A stretch of DNA of 64,000 nucleotides from Eledone cirrhosa. Lineage: Eukaryota. The stretch spans positions 21,948,001 to 22,012,000 of the forward strand of contig OZ024740.1 in NCBI GenBank assembly GCA_964016885.1, read 5' to 3'. Both the position numbers and the translations under genes were made by a program. How positions within the stretch are numbered: the stretch's first letter is position 1; the number at the start of each line of letters is the position of its first letter. The notes beneath the pieces were generated by a model that worked only from the letters and a program-made list of their open reading frames with translations, was not told the DNA's origin and did not search any database. Positions 25,331-41,520 of the stretch are shown piece after piece.

Positions 25331-25482
25331 ACATGTGTCTAGAGGTTGAAATTAGTTTTTGGCTTTAATTTAGTATTTGTTTGTAAAGTAGTGATTACTA
25401 TGGATTTCCCCCTGTAAAAGAAAGGCCAGACAATAATCACATGAACAGTTAAACAAGCAGTGATTACATTTTACACCATTAC

Positions 25483-25576
25483 CTGTCCTTTCTTTACAAT
25501 CTGCTGATACTACACTTAACCAGAAGGTCAATAAAGTAATGGATTGCAAGTGTAAACCTCCTTTTATCTTACACAT
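25483..25576 (-). CDS. Candidate first coding exon of a secreted or membrane host protein (signal peptide)
   Basis: MCKIKGGLHLQSITLLTFWLSVVSA-DCKERT followed by a phase-1 donor CAG|GTAATG, in unique sequence. No further exon was found. Confidence 0.3.
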
Positions 25577-25794
25577 TGTAGGTGCTACACTTAATCCCTC
25601 ACCTCACTACCTTTCTAAACTAATATATATATATATATATCATCATCATCACCGTTTTACGTCTGTTCTTCCATGCTAGCATGGGTTAGACGGGTTGTCC
25701 TGTTGTGGGCAGTGGCCGGTTGGCTGACCATGTTTATATATATATATATTTACACACACACACACACATTTACACACACACACTCATATATATA

Positions 25795-26448
25795 TAATAA
25801 TTGTTTCTACTTTTGGCACCAGGCCAGCAATTACCCAGTACATCACTGGTACTTTATTTTATCGACCCCGTAAGGATGAAAGGCAAAGTTAACCTCGGTG
25901 GGATTTGACCTCAGATATATAATAATAAGGAGTAGGAATGATATATCAATATAGCATCATTATGTTTATTCATAAAACACACATCATATGTGAATAAACA
26001 TAATGATGCCACATTGATACTCATTATTAGTGGATTGGCAGTATCGGTAGAGGGTCAGACGCCATGCTTTGACGCATTGAGTTACGGCCCTTGCCATTCT
26101 GAGTTCAAAAACCGCCGAGGTTAACTTTGCCTTTCATCTTTACGGGGTCGATAAAATAAAGTACCAGTAATGTACTGGGTAATTACTGGCCTTGTGCTAA
26201 AAGTAGAAACAATTATTATTATTATTATACTGCTAATCAACCTAGAGTGGTGGATTGGCTGTATCGGTAGATTGTCGGACGCCATGCTTTGCAGCACAGA
26301 GTTACATCCCTTTACAGTCTGAGTTCAAATCCCGCCGAGGTTAACTTTGCCTTTCATCCTTACGGGGTCGATAAAATAAGGTACCAGTAATACACTGGGT
26401 AATTTGCTCTCCTTGTGCCTAACGTAGAAACAATTATTATTATTATTA
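25795..26448. mobile_element. Cluster of three Meta/MESC-like SINEs (25795-25915 -, 26028-26228 +, 26246-26448 +)
   Basis: A box TTGGCAGTATCGGTAG, B box GAGTTCAAAT, GCCTTTCATCCTTACGGGGTCGATAAAATAAAGTACCAG and (ATT)n tails. Confidence 0.85.
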
Positions 26449-26596
26449 ACACTGTGCATCTGAAGGATGTAATACTAACAGTACAATACCACACTGACAA
26501 TCAGACATGAGCATCGAGTGCTACATCTGGTGAACCAATATTAACTAAACATTACACACCAACTAACTATATATAAGTTTATCCCAGGTTCATTCG

Positions 26597-27015
26597 GGGA
26601 GTGAGTAGAGCCGGTCAAGCGATGAAAGTGATATGTATACATATCACTTCTATATGTATACATATCACTTTCATCGCTTGACCGGCTCTACTCACTCCCT
26701 CATTGTTCTACAAGCAAGTTCAGCCACCTCTACCTCCTACCAAATGCCATGATAGACTTATTTGTGTTTACAACAAATTTTGACCAATCCTCTTGACAAC
26801 TACTAATCTTCCCATATAAAGAAGTACCCCTTGACAAGTTCGGCTATTTATTCACCAGGCTAAAAATTCTAATTTAGTCCAGAAATAGCCGTCGAAACGG
26901 CTTGAGCTCTGCCGTCGGGGTCATACTTTTTCCTATTTCCCATTCTACTACTCTAAGTATTGAGTACTCTGTTGCGTTATGGTCCATCTGGTTCCTTACC
27001 ACATTTCCTTTGTTA
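26597..27015 (+). mobile_element. PLE-like terminus with a 48-bp fold-back and a decayed full hammerhead (26826-26921)
   Basis: 26597-26644 and 26652-26699 are inverted. ACCCC-ttgacaa..CGGCTATTT...AAATAGCCG..GAAAC-GGC...GCC-GTC-GGGGT. The 3' end is homologous to 30898-31031 (-). Confidence 0.7.
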
Positions 27016-28018
27016 TCATCATCATCAACGTTTAACGTCCGTGTTCCACGCTTGCATGGGTTTGGACGGGGGTAGTCCCACTTGAGGCAAGAGTGATTGT
27101 CTTGCTCGCATAGGACTGTCTGGCAGGTTTTCTACAGTTGGATGCCCTTCCTAACACCAACCACATTTACAGTGTGGGTCTGGGAGGTTTTTACCGTGTT
27201 GCCTACACGGCCACATTACAGCGTGGACTGTGTGTTTTTTTGTCGTGACACCTACACGATCTCATTTGTTTCGGCCTCGATGGCGCGGCACCAACATAAC
27301 TTTACATAGAACGGGGTGGTGTGGATGGGGTGGGGGCGGGGGTGGTGGGACGGGGTGTATTTTGTTAGAGATGCCTACTGGCTGGAGTAGGTTTTACTAT
27401 ATATTTAGGTAAGGCGGGTCTTCTCTGTTACTGAGTACCGCCAAAGGTCTCGGTCCAGTGACATTGTCTTGGAGAGGTGTAAGTGTGTGATGTCGGAGTT
27501 TATCAGCTCGTCCCAGGTTTTCCTAGGTCTGCCTATTCCGTGACTACCGTCTATCTTTATTGCCCTGCACTTTGTTATACAGCTATCGACTTTCATGCGC
27601 ATCACGTGTCCATACCAACGTAGCCTTCTCTCGAGTAAACAACATCTGATCCCTCTTATTTCTAATTTTTTCCTTAGTTCGTTTATGCTTTGCCGTTCAC
27701 GTATATTACTGTTACACATCCAGCGGAGCATGCAAGCTTCGTTCCTCTCTAGTCTGCGTATATCCTCTGCACACAATGCCCAGGTCTCACTGCCGTGCAG
27801 CATTGCTGTTCGTATGCAGGCATCGTACAACCTGCCTTTCATTTTTAGTGAGAACCCTTTAGCAGCTAATAGTGGTATAAGCTCTCTGAACTTTTTCCAA
27901 CCAGTTCTGACTCTAGCTACAGTACTTTCAGAGCACCCTCCCCCACTGCTGATTTTATCGCCCAGGTAACGGAAGCTGTCCACTATTTCTATAGAACCCT
28001 CTGCGCAATTGAAAGAGA
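27016..28018 (-). mobile_element. RTE LINE 3' fragment (family A)
   Basis: SFRYLGD...MLHGSETW...[10 protein letters not shown], 3' UTR and (GAT)n. Near-identical to 42780-43720. Confidence 0.93.
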
Positions 28019-28734
28019 TATATATATATATATATGTATGTATATATATATAATCTTCATTTAACATCCAGTTTTCCTTGTTAGTGTTGGATTGATCATC
28101 ACAGACCTAGTCAATACTTAACGCAACTGTCCTCTGGGATGGGCCAGGGAGTCCTCTCCTTTACATACATTCCTGAATTCAACAGAGTGCATTTTATTGT
28201 AGTGCCAGCACTAAGGAAATGTTGCCATGTCTTTTTAACATGGTTTCTACAGTTGAATGCAATTCCTATTACCACCTACCTTACAAAGTTTACTTAGTGC
28301 ATTTCTTTGTGACACCAGCACTACAGAGGTTATCATATCATGACTGAAGGTTCTTTCACCCTCTGTGGCATGGTTTCTATGGGTGGAAGCCCTTCCTAAC
28401 ACCAACTACTTTACAGTGTGTATTTTATCATGGCACTAACACTAGGGAGTTTATCTGTCACTGGCTCTGCTGGGGGATGTAGAAGGAATGATAAGTATGT
28501 CATATGTAAATAGTTGGGAGTGGAGTAGATGACAAATATAATGTCATGGATATATGACAGGTGTGCTGAGGTTCAAAGGGGTGATCTCTAGAGAGAAGGA
28601 ATGAGCAAGTATGTCATGGTGTGTGTGTGTATATATATATATAAGAAGGATTCAGGACCCCAACGGCTGAGCTCCAGCCATTCAACAGCTAGATCGGAAC
28701 TGATTGATTGATTGATATATATATATAAGGGTAT

Positions 28735-29210
28735 AGACCCCTTTTGGTTATGAATGATCGTGGGTTTTGCACATAGAAATATCCCTTCTATGGCACAAGC
28801 CCGGACAAGGTTTTACTTGTGGAAGACCAGCAGTCACTCATGCATACCAGTCTCCCCTCTCCACACCACCGATGTTATCCAGGGAAAAGGCAATGGCCAT
28901 TAAAGCTTGGCACCAGTCATGTTGCAACTCATTTCTACAGCTGAGTGAAATAAAGAGTCTTGCTCAAGGATACAATGCAACACCCAGTCCAGGAATCAAA
29001 TTCACAACTTCACGATTGCAAGCCCAACACTCTAACCACTAAGCCATGCACCTACACACACACATTACTGGTACTTTCTTTTATTGACCCCGTAAGGATG
29101 AAAGGCAAAGTTAACCATGGCGAAATTTTGAACTCAGAATGGAAAGGGCCGTAACTCTATGCGTCAAAGCATGACATCTGACCCTCTACCGATACTGCCA
29201 ATCCCTCGCT
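28735..29210 (-). mobile_element. Two adjacent SINEs (tRNA/CORE-like 28735-29052; Meta-like 29065-29210)
   Basis: Similarity to 949-1256 and 47693-47884. Confidence 0.75.
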
Positions 29211-29255
29211 TAATAATAAGTATTGATGAGGTGTCAAATTTTCATTAAGTTTATT

Positions 29256-29348
29256 CAGGTGTGACACGTATTTCGCGATTGACCAGCATAAGGTTTGATC
29301 TCTATTGATCAGGCCCAATTCTGGAATCAAAAGCTCATCAGACTTCTG
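29256..29348 (-). ncRNA. Minimal type-I hammerhead with long stem II in a PLE-like remnant (~29211-29440)
   Basis: Minus strand CAGAAGT-CTGATGA-GC...GC-GAAA-T-ACGT-G-TC-ACACCTG-AATAAA: palindromic ACGT loop, GUC cleavage triplet. Confidence 0.75.
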
Positions 29349-29487
29349 TTAGCTTAATGACAGAATATTTCGCGTACAGTTTTAAAAGAATATATCTGTT
29401 CTCATTCATTTGGGGTGGTCAGTTGTTCTTTATTTTGATTGGTTTGATATATCTATCTATCTCTCTCTATATATATATATATATACA

Positions 29488-29673
29488 TATCAGTAGAAGG
29501 AAGACGCAGTGGAGGAAGACCACGAAAAACATGGGCGGAGACAGACCTCAGATCGCTGAAATTCATGGAGGAGATGACGAAGGACCGTGACAAGTGGAGA
29601 GATGCTATGCTGAATAGGACCCATCCCACCCTTGCAAGTAGGGAAAAGCGGACATAAAATGATGATGATGATG
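29488..29673 (+). mobile_element. RTE family B 3' end fragment
   Basis: Homologous to the reverse complement of 32576-32785, with a (GAT)n tail. Confidence 0.85.
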
Positions 29674-29701
29674 ATATATATATATAGATAGATAGATAGT
29701 A

Positions 29702-29757
<56 letters not shown>

Positions 29758-30052
29758 TACTACTAAAACTCTGTGATTGTGTGCTTGTCTGTAATGTAAT
29801 ACACCCAAAAGGGTGCATAATGGGAAAATACTTTGAAAGGAAGTTGCCCCTGAAATGGGAATACAAATGGAATAAAAAAAGTTTTGCTTGAATTAGAGCA
29901 CGGGTTCCCAAGATACGGGGTTTTTCTGGGTACCTTCATAAATCGCCAACAGCTCCATGATAACCTATAACCCTCTCTCTATATATATTACTCTATATAA
30001 ATTACCAAAGGGGCACAGGTGGTCGAGTATATATATATATATATGCATACAT

Positions 30053-30398
30053 GTTATGATGGCTGCCCCCTCGTTATCGAGTATGACCATTGCACGATAT
30101 ACCATTATTAATTAATTCTATCATGCAATGCCTGTGCGTGAAGCTATTTTTTAAAGTGAGGAAAGACTGTGCACTGAGCCAATCCCACTCTCTGAGCGAC
30201 AGTAGCTATAACCCGAAAAGAAGAAAAGATCAACATCATCGGTAACTACTGAGCCGCAGGTTTTATATCGGAGTTATCCCAGTTTCCTGAGTTGCCTTCT
30301 CCTAGAAGAATGCCCTGACAAAGGCTAGGAGTCCTTCACTCCCAGTGGTTTAACCGCGCGATCGGGTGTCAAGCCCGACTATTTCTATGTCCCTGCGC
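30053..30398 (-). mobile_element. Diverged sister of the 605-bp non-autonomous RTE-like element
   Basis: Collinear blocks TGGCTGCC..CTCGTTATCGAGTA, GCAATGCCTGTG..GTGAAGCT, TCCCACTCTC, TCAACATCAT, CCTTCTCCTAGAA..TGACAAAGGCTA. No zinc-finger segment. Confidence 0.7.
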
Positions 30399-30400
30399 AT

Positions 30401-30468
<68 letters not shown>

Positions 30469-30557
30469 GTACATATATATATAGATATACATATATATAT
30501 ATATATATACGTATATATATATATATATATACGTACATATATATATATATATATATA

Positions 30558-30601
<44 letters not shown>

Positions 30602-30606
30602 CGTAC

Positions 30607-30707
<101 letters not shown>

Positions 30708-30732
30708 CGTACATATATATATATATATGTAC

Positions 30733-30772
<40 letters not shown>

Positions 30773-30781
30773 GTACATATA

Positions 30782-30883
<102 letters not shown>

Positions 30884-30897
30884 CATACATATATATA

Positions 30898-31095
30898 TAA
30901 CAAAGGAAATGTGGTAAGGAACCAGGTGGACCATAACGCACCAAAGTACTCAATACTTGAGGTAGTAGAGTGGGTAATAGGAACCAGTAAGACCCCGACA
31001 GCTGAGCTCAAGCCGTTTCGACGGCTAATTCTGGACTGAATTAGCCGTCGAAACGGTTTGAGCTCAGCTGTCGGGGTCTTACTGGTTCCTATTAC
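30898..31095 (-). mobile_element. PLE-like 3' terminus ending in a 58-bp hairpin
   Basis: 30974-31031 and 31038-31095 are inverted (one G.T pair, 6-nt loop). Same family as 26880-27015. Confidence 0.75.
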
Positions 31096-31107
31096 ATATA
31101 TATATAT

Positions 31108-31156
<49 letters not shown>

Positions 31157-31189
31157 CATACATATATACATATATATATATATACATAC

Positions 31190-31798
31190 ATGGTGGCTGC
31201 CAACTCGTTTTCGAGTACGGCCACTACTTTATATCCATGTAGGAGAACCCCTACCGATGCGCTGAACGACTGACTTTTTAGTCCAGCCAGCGACTTGAAA
31301 ACTCTGGTACAAACACTACACTTGTGACAATTATTGACACATAGTGCTGGGCCCATGGTACCATGTGACGACAAGTGCAGAGAGATCTCCAGATATAAAG
31401 CAATGCCTGTGCCGTGAAGCTTTTATAGTGAGCAAAGGCACTGCACAAAGCCAGTCCCACTCTCTTAACCAAGATGATATTTACCAAAAAGAAGAACAAG
31501 TCAACATCATTGGATACCATCAGGGTTGCAGGTGTTATATCAGAGTTTTCCTTCTCCTAGAATTCTGCCTTGACAAAGGCTAAGGGGTCATCTCTCCCGG
31601 TGATTTTGGATGGCCATTGACTCTTAAGAGCTCCTTTGCCCTTTGACAGGTTTTGTTTTTAGTCCTGCAGGATGTCCAAAGTCACCCTCCTCACCAAGAA
31701 ACCTTGGTGGGGTTGCCAGTTTAGTCGCCAACGACCCGACCATGAGACAGGTTGTACTGGGATACATGTTACCAGTAACACCAACTGGTGACCTGACA
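31190..31798 (-). mobile_element. 605-bp non-autonomous RTE-like element, copy 2
   Basis: Near-identical to 11191-11797. The zinc-finger frame is broken by a small deletion. Confidence 0.85.
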
Positions 31799-31865
31799 TA
31801 ATATATACATACATATATACATACATATATATATATATACATACATATATATATATATACATACA

Positions 31866-31953
<88 letters not shown>

Positions 31954-32150
31954 CATACATATATATATATACATATATACATATATATATATATATACAT
32001 ACATATATATATATATATATACATACATATATATATATACATATATATATACATACATATATATATATACATACATATATATATATACATACATATATAT
32101 ATATACATACATATATATATATACATACATATATATATATATATATATAC

Positions 32151-32203
<53 letters not shown>

Positions 32204-32496
32204 CATACATATATATATATATACATACATATATATATACATACATATATATATATACATACATATATATATACATACATATATATATACATACATATAT
32301 ATATATATACATACATATATATATACATACATATATATATACATACATATATATATATATATACACACATATATATATATATACACACATATATATATAT
32401 ATATACACACATATATATATATACACATACATATATATATATATATATACACATATATATATATATATACACACATATATATATATATACACATAC

Positions 32497-32545
<49 letters not shown>

Positions 32546-32574
32546 CATATATATATATATACATATATATATAT

Positions 32575-32575
<1 letters not shown>

Positions 32576-32606
<31 letters not shown>

Positions 32607-34209
32607 TTTACGTCCGCTTTTCCCTGCTTGCAAGGGTGGGACGGGTCTTATTCAGCACAGCATCTCTCCACTCGTCACGGTCCCTCGTCATCTCCACCGT
32701 GAGCTTCAATGATCTGAGGTCTGTTCTCACCACCTCCGCCCATGTTTTTCGTGGTCTACCTCTACCACGTCTTCCTTCAACTGGCATTTCCTGGCACTTC
32801 TTCACCCATCGGTCATCCTCCATGCGCATCACATGTCCATACCACCTCAGTCTCCTCTCCCGTACACTACATTCTATCCCTCTCAGACACAGTTTCTCTC
32901 TCAACACATTTATGCTGGGTCGTTCACGCACATTTACACTGCACATCCAACGGAGCATGCTTGCCTCATTTCTCTCCAGCCGTCGCATATCTTCTGCGGT
33001 AGCTGCCCATGTCTCACTACCATGCAGCATCGCGCTCCTCACACAGGCATCATACAACCGGCCTTTCGTACGCAGGGAGAAACCCTTCTTCGTCAACAGA
33101 GGAAGCAGCTCCCTAAACTTCTTCCAACCCGTCCTTATTCTAGATACTATGGCCTCGGAACACCCTCCTCCCATGCTAATCTGATCTCCTAGGTACCGGA
33201 AGCTATCCACCACTTCTATAGCGCCCTCTCGCATTTGAAAAATGTGTCTATCAGTGCGACTTCTACTGTCTAATTTCCCTGTACATCTACTGCATACATA
33301 TTTCTCCCTACCTGTTAGTTTGCCTGCTATCCCACTACATCTCTTGTGTACCCAGGACCTACATTGTGTGCATTTTATAGAATTTATGCCAGTTCCTTTT
33401 CTGCATATCGAACATGGCCATTTCCCTGACGGAATCAGGGTTTTGTCCTCTTTTCTACTCATCAACACTTTTGTCTTAGCTAGATTTACTCTCAGTCCTC
33501 TTGCTTCCAACTGCTGTTTCCATAGCCGGAATTTATTCTCTAGCTCCTCTACTGATTCTGCCATAAGAGCCAGATCGTCAGCATAGAGAAGTTCCCATGG
33601 ACAGCCAGTCTTAAACTCCTCTGTTATGGCTTGGAGGACTATAATGAACAAGAGCGGGCTGAGGACCGAACCCTGATGTACTCCTACTTGTATCTGGAAT
33701 TCCTCACTAAACTCCATTCCTACCCTGACTTTACTGAGAGTACCTCTGTACAAAGTTTGCAGTCCTTACAAGCCATTCCTCAACACCCAGCTTCCTTAGG
33801 GACCACCAGATGACAGATCGGGGTACCCTATCAAAGGCCTTCTCTAGGTCAACAAAGGCTAAGTATAGTGGCTTATTCTTCTCTAAGAACCTCTCTTGCA
33901 TTTGTCTCACGAAGAAGAGGGCATCTGTTGTACTCTTCCCAGGCACAAAACCAAACTGCATCTCATCTAGTTTGACCCTTTCTCTAATTAGTTGTGCTAA
34001 AATCCTTTCTGCCACTTTCATAACCTGATCTATCAGTTTTATACCCCTATAATTGCTCCTCTCCAAAGCATCCCCTTTACCTTTGTAGCAATTTATGAGA
34101 ATACTGCTGCACCAGTCTTTGGGTATGACACCACCATATAGCCTGATTGATGATGCGTGCAACCAGTTTAGTGCCTACGTCCCCTGATGCCTTCAATATC
34201 TCAGCAACT
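32576..34209 (-). mobile_element. RTE LINE family B, 5'-truncated and frameshifted
   Basis: FVDLEKAFDRVP, GVHQGSVLSPLLF, LLYADDLAL, Cys-rich insert, [10 protein letters not shown], short 3' UTR and (GAT)n. Confidence 0.95.
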
Positions 34210-34217
34210 ATATATAC

Positions 34218-34268
<51 letters not shown>

Positions 34269-34549
34269 CATATATATATACATACATATATATATATATA
34301 TATACATATATATATACATACACATATATATATACATACACATATATATATACATACACATATATATATACATACACATATATATATACATACATATATA
34401 TATACATACATATATACATACACATATATATATACATACACATATATATATACATACATATATATATACATACATATATATATACATACATATATATATA
34501 CATACATATATATATACATACATATATATATATATACATATATATATAC

Positions 34550-34582
<33 letters not shown>

Positions 34583-34611
34583 CATATATATATACATACA
34601 TATATACATAC

Positions 34612-34658
<47 letters not shown>

Positions 34659-34763
34659 CATATATATATACATACATATATATATACATACATATATATA
34701 TACATACATATATATATACATACATATATATATACATACATATATATATACATACATATATAT

Positions 34764-34822
<59 letters not shown>

Positions 34823-34931
34823 CATACATATATATATATATACATATATATATACATACATATATATATACATACATATATATATACATACATATATATA
34901 TACATACATATATATATATATATATACATAC

Positions 34932-34968
<37 letters not shown>

Positions 34969-35049
34969 CATATATATATACATACATATATATATACATA
35001 CATATATATATACATACATATATATATATATACATACATACATACATAT

Positions 35050-35082
<33 letters not shown>

Positions 35083-35085
35083 TAT

Positions 35086-35116
<31 letters not shown>

Positions 35117-35464
35117 CATACATATATACATATATATATATACATACATATATACATATATATATATACATACATATATACATATTACATATATACATAT
35201 ATATATATACATACATATATACATATATATATATACATACATATATACATATATATATATACATACATATATACATATATATATATACATACATACATAC
35301 ATACATATATATATATACATACATACATACATATATATATATACATACATATATACATATATATATATACATACATATATACATATATATATATACATAC
35401 ATACATACATACATATATATATATACATACATATATACATATATATATATACATACATATATAC

Positions 35465-35505
<41 letters not shown>

Positions 35506-35804
35506 CATATATATATATATACATACATATATATATATATACATACATATATATATATATACATACATATATATATATACATACATATATACATATATAT
35601 ATACATACATATATACATATATATACATACATATATACATATATATATATACATACATATATACATATATATATATACATACATATATACATATATATAT
35701 ATACATACATATATACATATATATATATACATACATACATACATATATATATATACATACATATATACATATATATATATACATACATATATACATATAT
35801 ATAT

Positions 35805-35849
<45 letters not shown>

Positions 35850-36085
35850 CATATATATATATATATACATACATATATATATATATACATACATATATAT
35901 ATATATACATACATATATATATATACATACATATATATATATACATACATATATATATATATATACATACATATATATATATATACATACATATATATAT
36001 ATACACATACATATATATATATATACATACATATATATATATACACATACATATATATATATACATGCATATATATACATACATA

Positions 36086-36151
<66 letters not shown>

Positions 36152-36173
36152 CATATATATATATACATACATA

Positions 36174-36214
<41 letters not shown>

Positions 36215-36297
36215 ATACATATATATATATACATACATATATATATATATACATATATACACATACATACATATATATATATATACATACATATATA

Positions 36298-36329
<32 letters not shown>

Positions 36330-36333
36330 CATA

Positions 36334-36365
<32 letters not shown>

Positions 36366-36419
36366 CATATATATAAATACATACATATATATACATACAT
36401 ACATATACATACATACATA

Positions 36420-36459
<40 letters not shown>

Positions 36460-36519
36460 CATACATATATATATACATACATATATATATGCATACATAT
36501 ATATATATACATACATATA
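34209..36519. repeat. (TA)n/(CATA)n array, ~2.3 kb
   Basis: Direct inspection. Confidence 0.97.
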
Positions 36520-39248
36520 TTTCCCAACATAGACTGATAATTAGCGACCTAATAGTCAGGACGAGACGTACTAGACAACAGAAGAGGACTATCCTCAGGA
36601 GAAAAATATGGAAGCTAAAGGACCCCACAGCCAAAAATAAGTTCCAAAGCATATTACTTGATGCTTTCGACAGTGAGGAAGAGCAATTAGAGACGTACAC
36701 GGTAGAGGAACAGTGGGAATTCCTGAAAGCAAACCTGCTGACGGCGGCAGACGAAGTCTGTGGCTGGAGCAGGCCTGTAGACAGGAGGAGAGTAACATGG
36801 TGGTAGAACAGTAAGGTGGAGGGGTCAATTAAGGCCAAAAAGCAGGCTTGGAAAGTATGGCGGGATGGGGGAAGCAGAGAAGACTATCAAGTGGCCAGGA
36901 GGGAAGCTAGGAGACAAGTGTACTTCGCAAGAAGGGAAGCAGAGGAAAGAAAGTTCAAGCATGTTCTACAACGTGAGGACCAAAAACGTGAGGTGTTCAG
37001 GATTGCTAGGCAATGTGTCAAGGAAAACAGTGATATTGTCGGGGAGAAGTGTGTACTTAACGATGACGGCGTACTTGCCATCACCGACGCCGATAAGACG
37101 GTAGCTTGGAAGTGTCACTATGAAAGGCTACTAAATGAGGAGAATAAATGGGAGAAAGACAGTCTCCCCCACATAGACCCAATAGAGGGACCAGCAGTGT
37201 TAGTCTAAGGTAGTATAATAAGTAAGGCAATCAAAGATATGAAGACAGGCAAGGCGGCTGGGCCTTCGGAAATAGTTGCCGAGATGCTGAAGGCATCTGG
37301 TACGGTGGGACACACCATGGTCACCCGGATAGTCAACCAAGTCATACAGAATGGGGTTGTTCCGAAGGACTGGCGTAGCAGCATTATCGTTAACTGTTAT
37401 AAGGGTAAAGGAGATGCCCTAGATAGGAGTAACTATAGAGGCATTAAATTAATCAACCAGGTCATGAAGGTCACGGAAAAAGTAATAGCGCAACTAATCA
37501 GAGAGCGAATTGATCTAGATGAAATGCAGTTCGGGTTTGTGTCAGGAAAAAGTACCACAGACGCTCTTTTCATTGTACGACAACTACAGGAGAAGTACCT
37601 AGCTAAAAGTAAACCCCTATACTTAGCTTTCGTCGACTTGGAGAAGGCCTTCGACAGAGTCCCCCGTTCCATTATCTGGTGGGCTCTTAGAAAACTAGGT
37701 GTTGATGAATGGCTTGTGAGAGCTATACAAGCCATGTATAAAGAAACAGTCAGCAAGGTTAGAATTAACAACGAATATAGTGAAGAGTTTAGTGTAAAAG
37801 TTGGTGTTCATCAGGGCTCTGTTCTTAGCCCCCTACTATTTATTATTGCCCTCCAGGCTATAACAGTGGAGTTCAAGACCGGCTGCCCATGGGAACTCCT
37901 ATACGCAGATGATCTAACGCTCATAGCTGAATCAATGGCCGAGCTAGAGAAGAAATTCCAAACATGGAAGCACGGCCTAGAATCAAAAGGCCTTAAAATT
38001 AACCTGGCTAAGACTAAAGTTCTAGTTTGTAAGAAAGAAAATAAGGCGGTGGTCCCCTCCGGGAAGTGGCCATGCGCAGAGTGTAGGAAAGGCGTAGGTA
38101 GAAATTCTATTTTGTGTCCCAAATGCCAAGTTTGGGTGCATAAAAGATGTAGTGGGATCACAGGTAAGCTAACTAAGAACATAGATTTTACATGTGGCCG
38201 GTGTTCTGGGGCAATAAGTAGCAGCAAGTGCCCACAAAATACTAGCTCTTTCAACTGCGCAGAGGGTTCTATGGAAATAGTGGACAGCTTCCGTTACCTG
38301 GGTGACAAAATCAGCAGTGGGGGAGGGTGCTCTGAAAGTACAGTAGCTAGAGTCAGAACTGGGTGGAAAAAGTTCAGAGAGCTTATACCACTGTTAGCCG
38401 CTAAAGGGTTCTCCCTAAAAATGAAAGGCAGGCTGTATGATGCCTGCATACGAACAGCAATGTTGCATGGCAGTGAGACCTGGGCATTGTGTGCAGAGGA
38501 TATACGCAGACTAGAGAGAAACGAAGCTTGCATGCTCCGCTGGATGTGTAATAGTAATATACGTGAACGACAAAGCATAAACGAACTAAGGAAAAAATTA
38601 GAAATAAGAGGGATCAGATGTTGTTTACTAGAGAGAAGGCTACGTTGGTATGGTCACGTGATGCGCATGAAGGACGATAGCTGTATAGCTAAGTGCAGGG
38701 CAATAAAGATAGACGGTAGCCACGGAATAGGCAGACCCAGAAAAACCTGGGACGAGCTGATAAACTCCGACCTCACACACTTACACCTCACCAAGACAAT
38801 GTCACTGGACCGAGACCTTTGGCGGTACTCAGTAATAGAGAAGACCCGCCTTACCTAAATACAAAGTAAAACCTACTACAGTCAGTAGGCATCTCTAACA
38901 AAATACACCCCCATCCCACCACCCTCACCCCATCCACACCGCCCCCTTCTATGTAAAGTTATATTGGTGCCACACCATCCAGGCCGAAACAAATGAGATC
39001 GTGTAGGTGTCACGACAAAAAAGCACACAGTCCACGCTGTAATGTGGCCGTGTAGGCAACACGGTAAAAACCTCCCAGACCCACACTGTAAATGTGGATG
39101 GTGTTAGGAAGGGCATCCAACTGTAGAAAACCTGCCAGACAGTCCTATGCGAGCAAGACAATCACTCTTGCCTCAAGTGGGAAAACCCCCGTCCAAACCC
39201 ATGCAAGCGTGGAACACGGACATTAAACGTTGATGATGATGATGATGA
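36520..39248 (+). mobile_element. RTE LINE family A, 2.7 kb, 5'-truncated at the end of the APE domain
   Basis: One reading frame from SQHRLII to 38858 with two in-frame stops (36804, 37206), then 3' UTR and (GAT)n tail. Confidence 0.96.
37239..38858 (+). pseudogene. RTE reverse transcriptase portion (539 aa open)
   Basis: NYRGIKL, QFGF, DLEKAFD, QGSVLSP, YADD and YLG motifs, plus a PHD-like C4HC3 insert. Confidence 0.93.
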
Positions 39249-41520
<2,272 letters not shown>

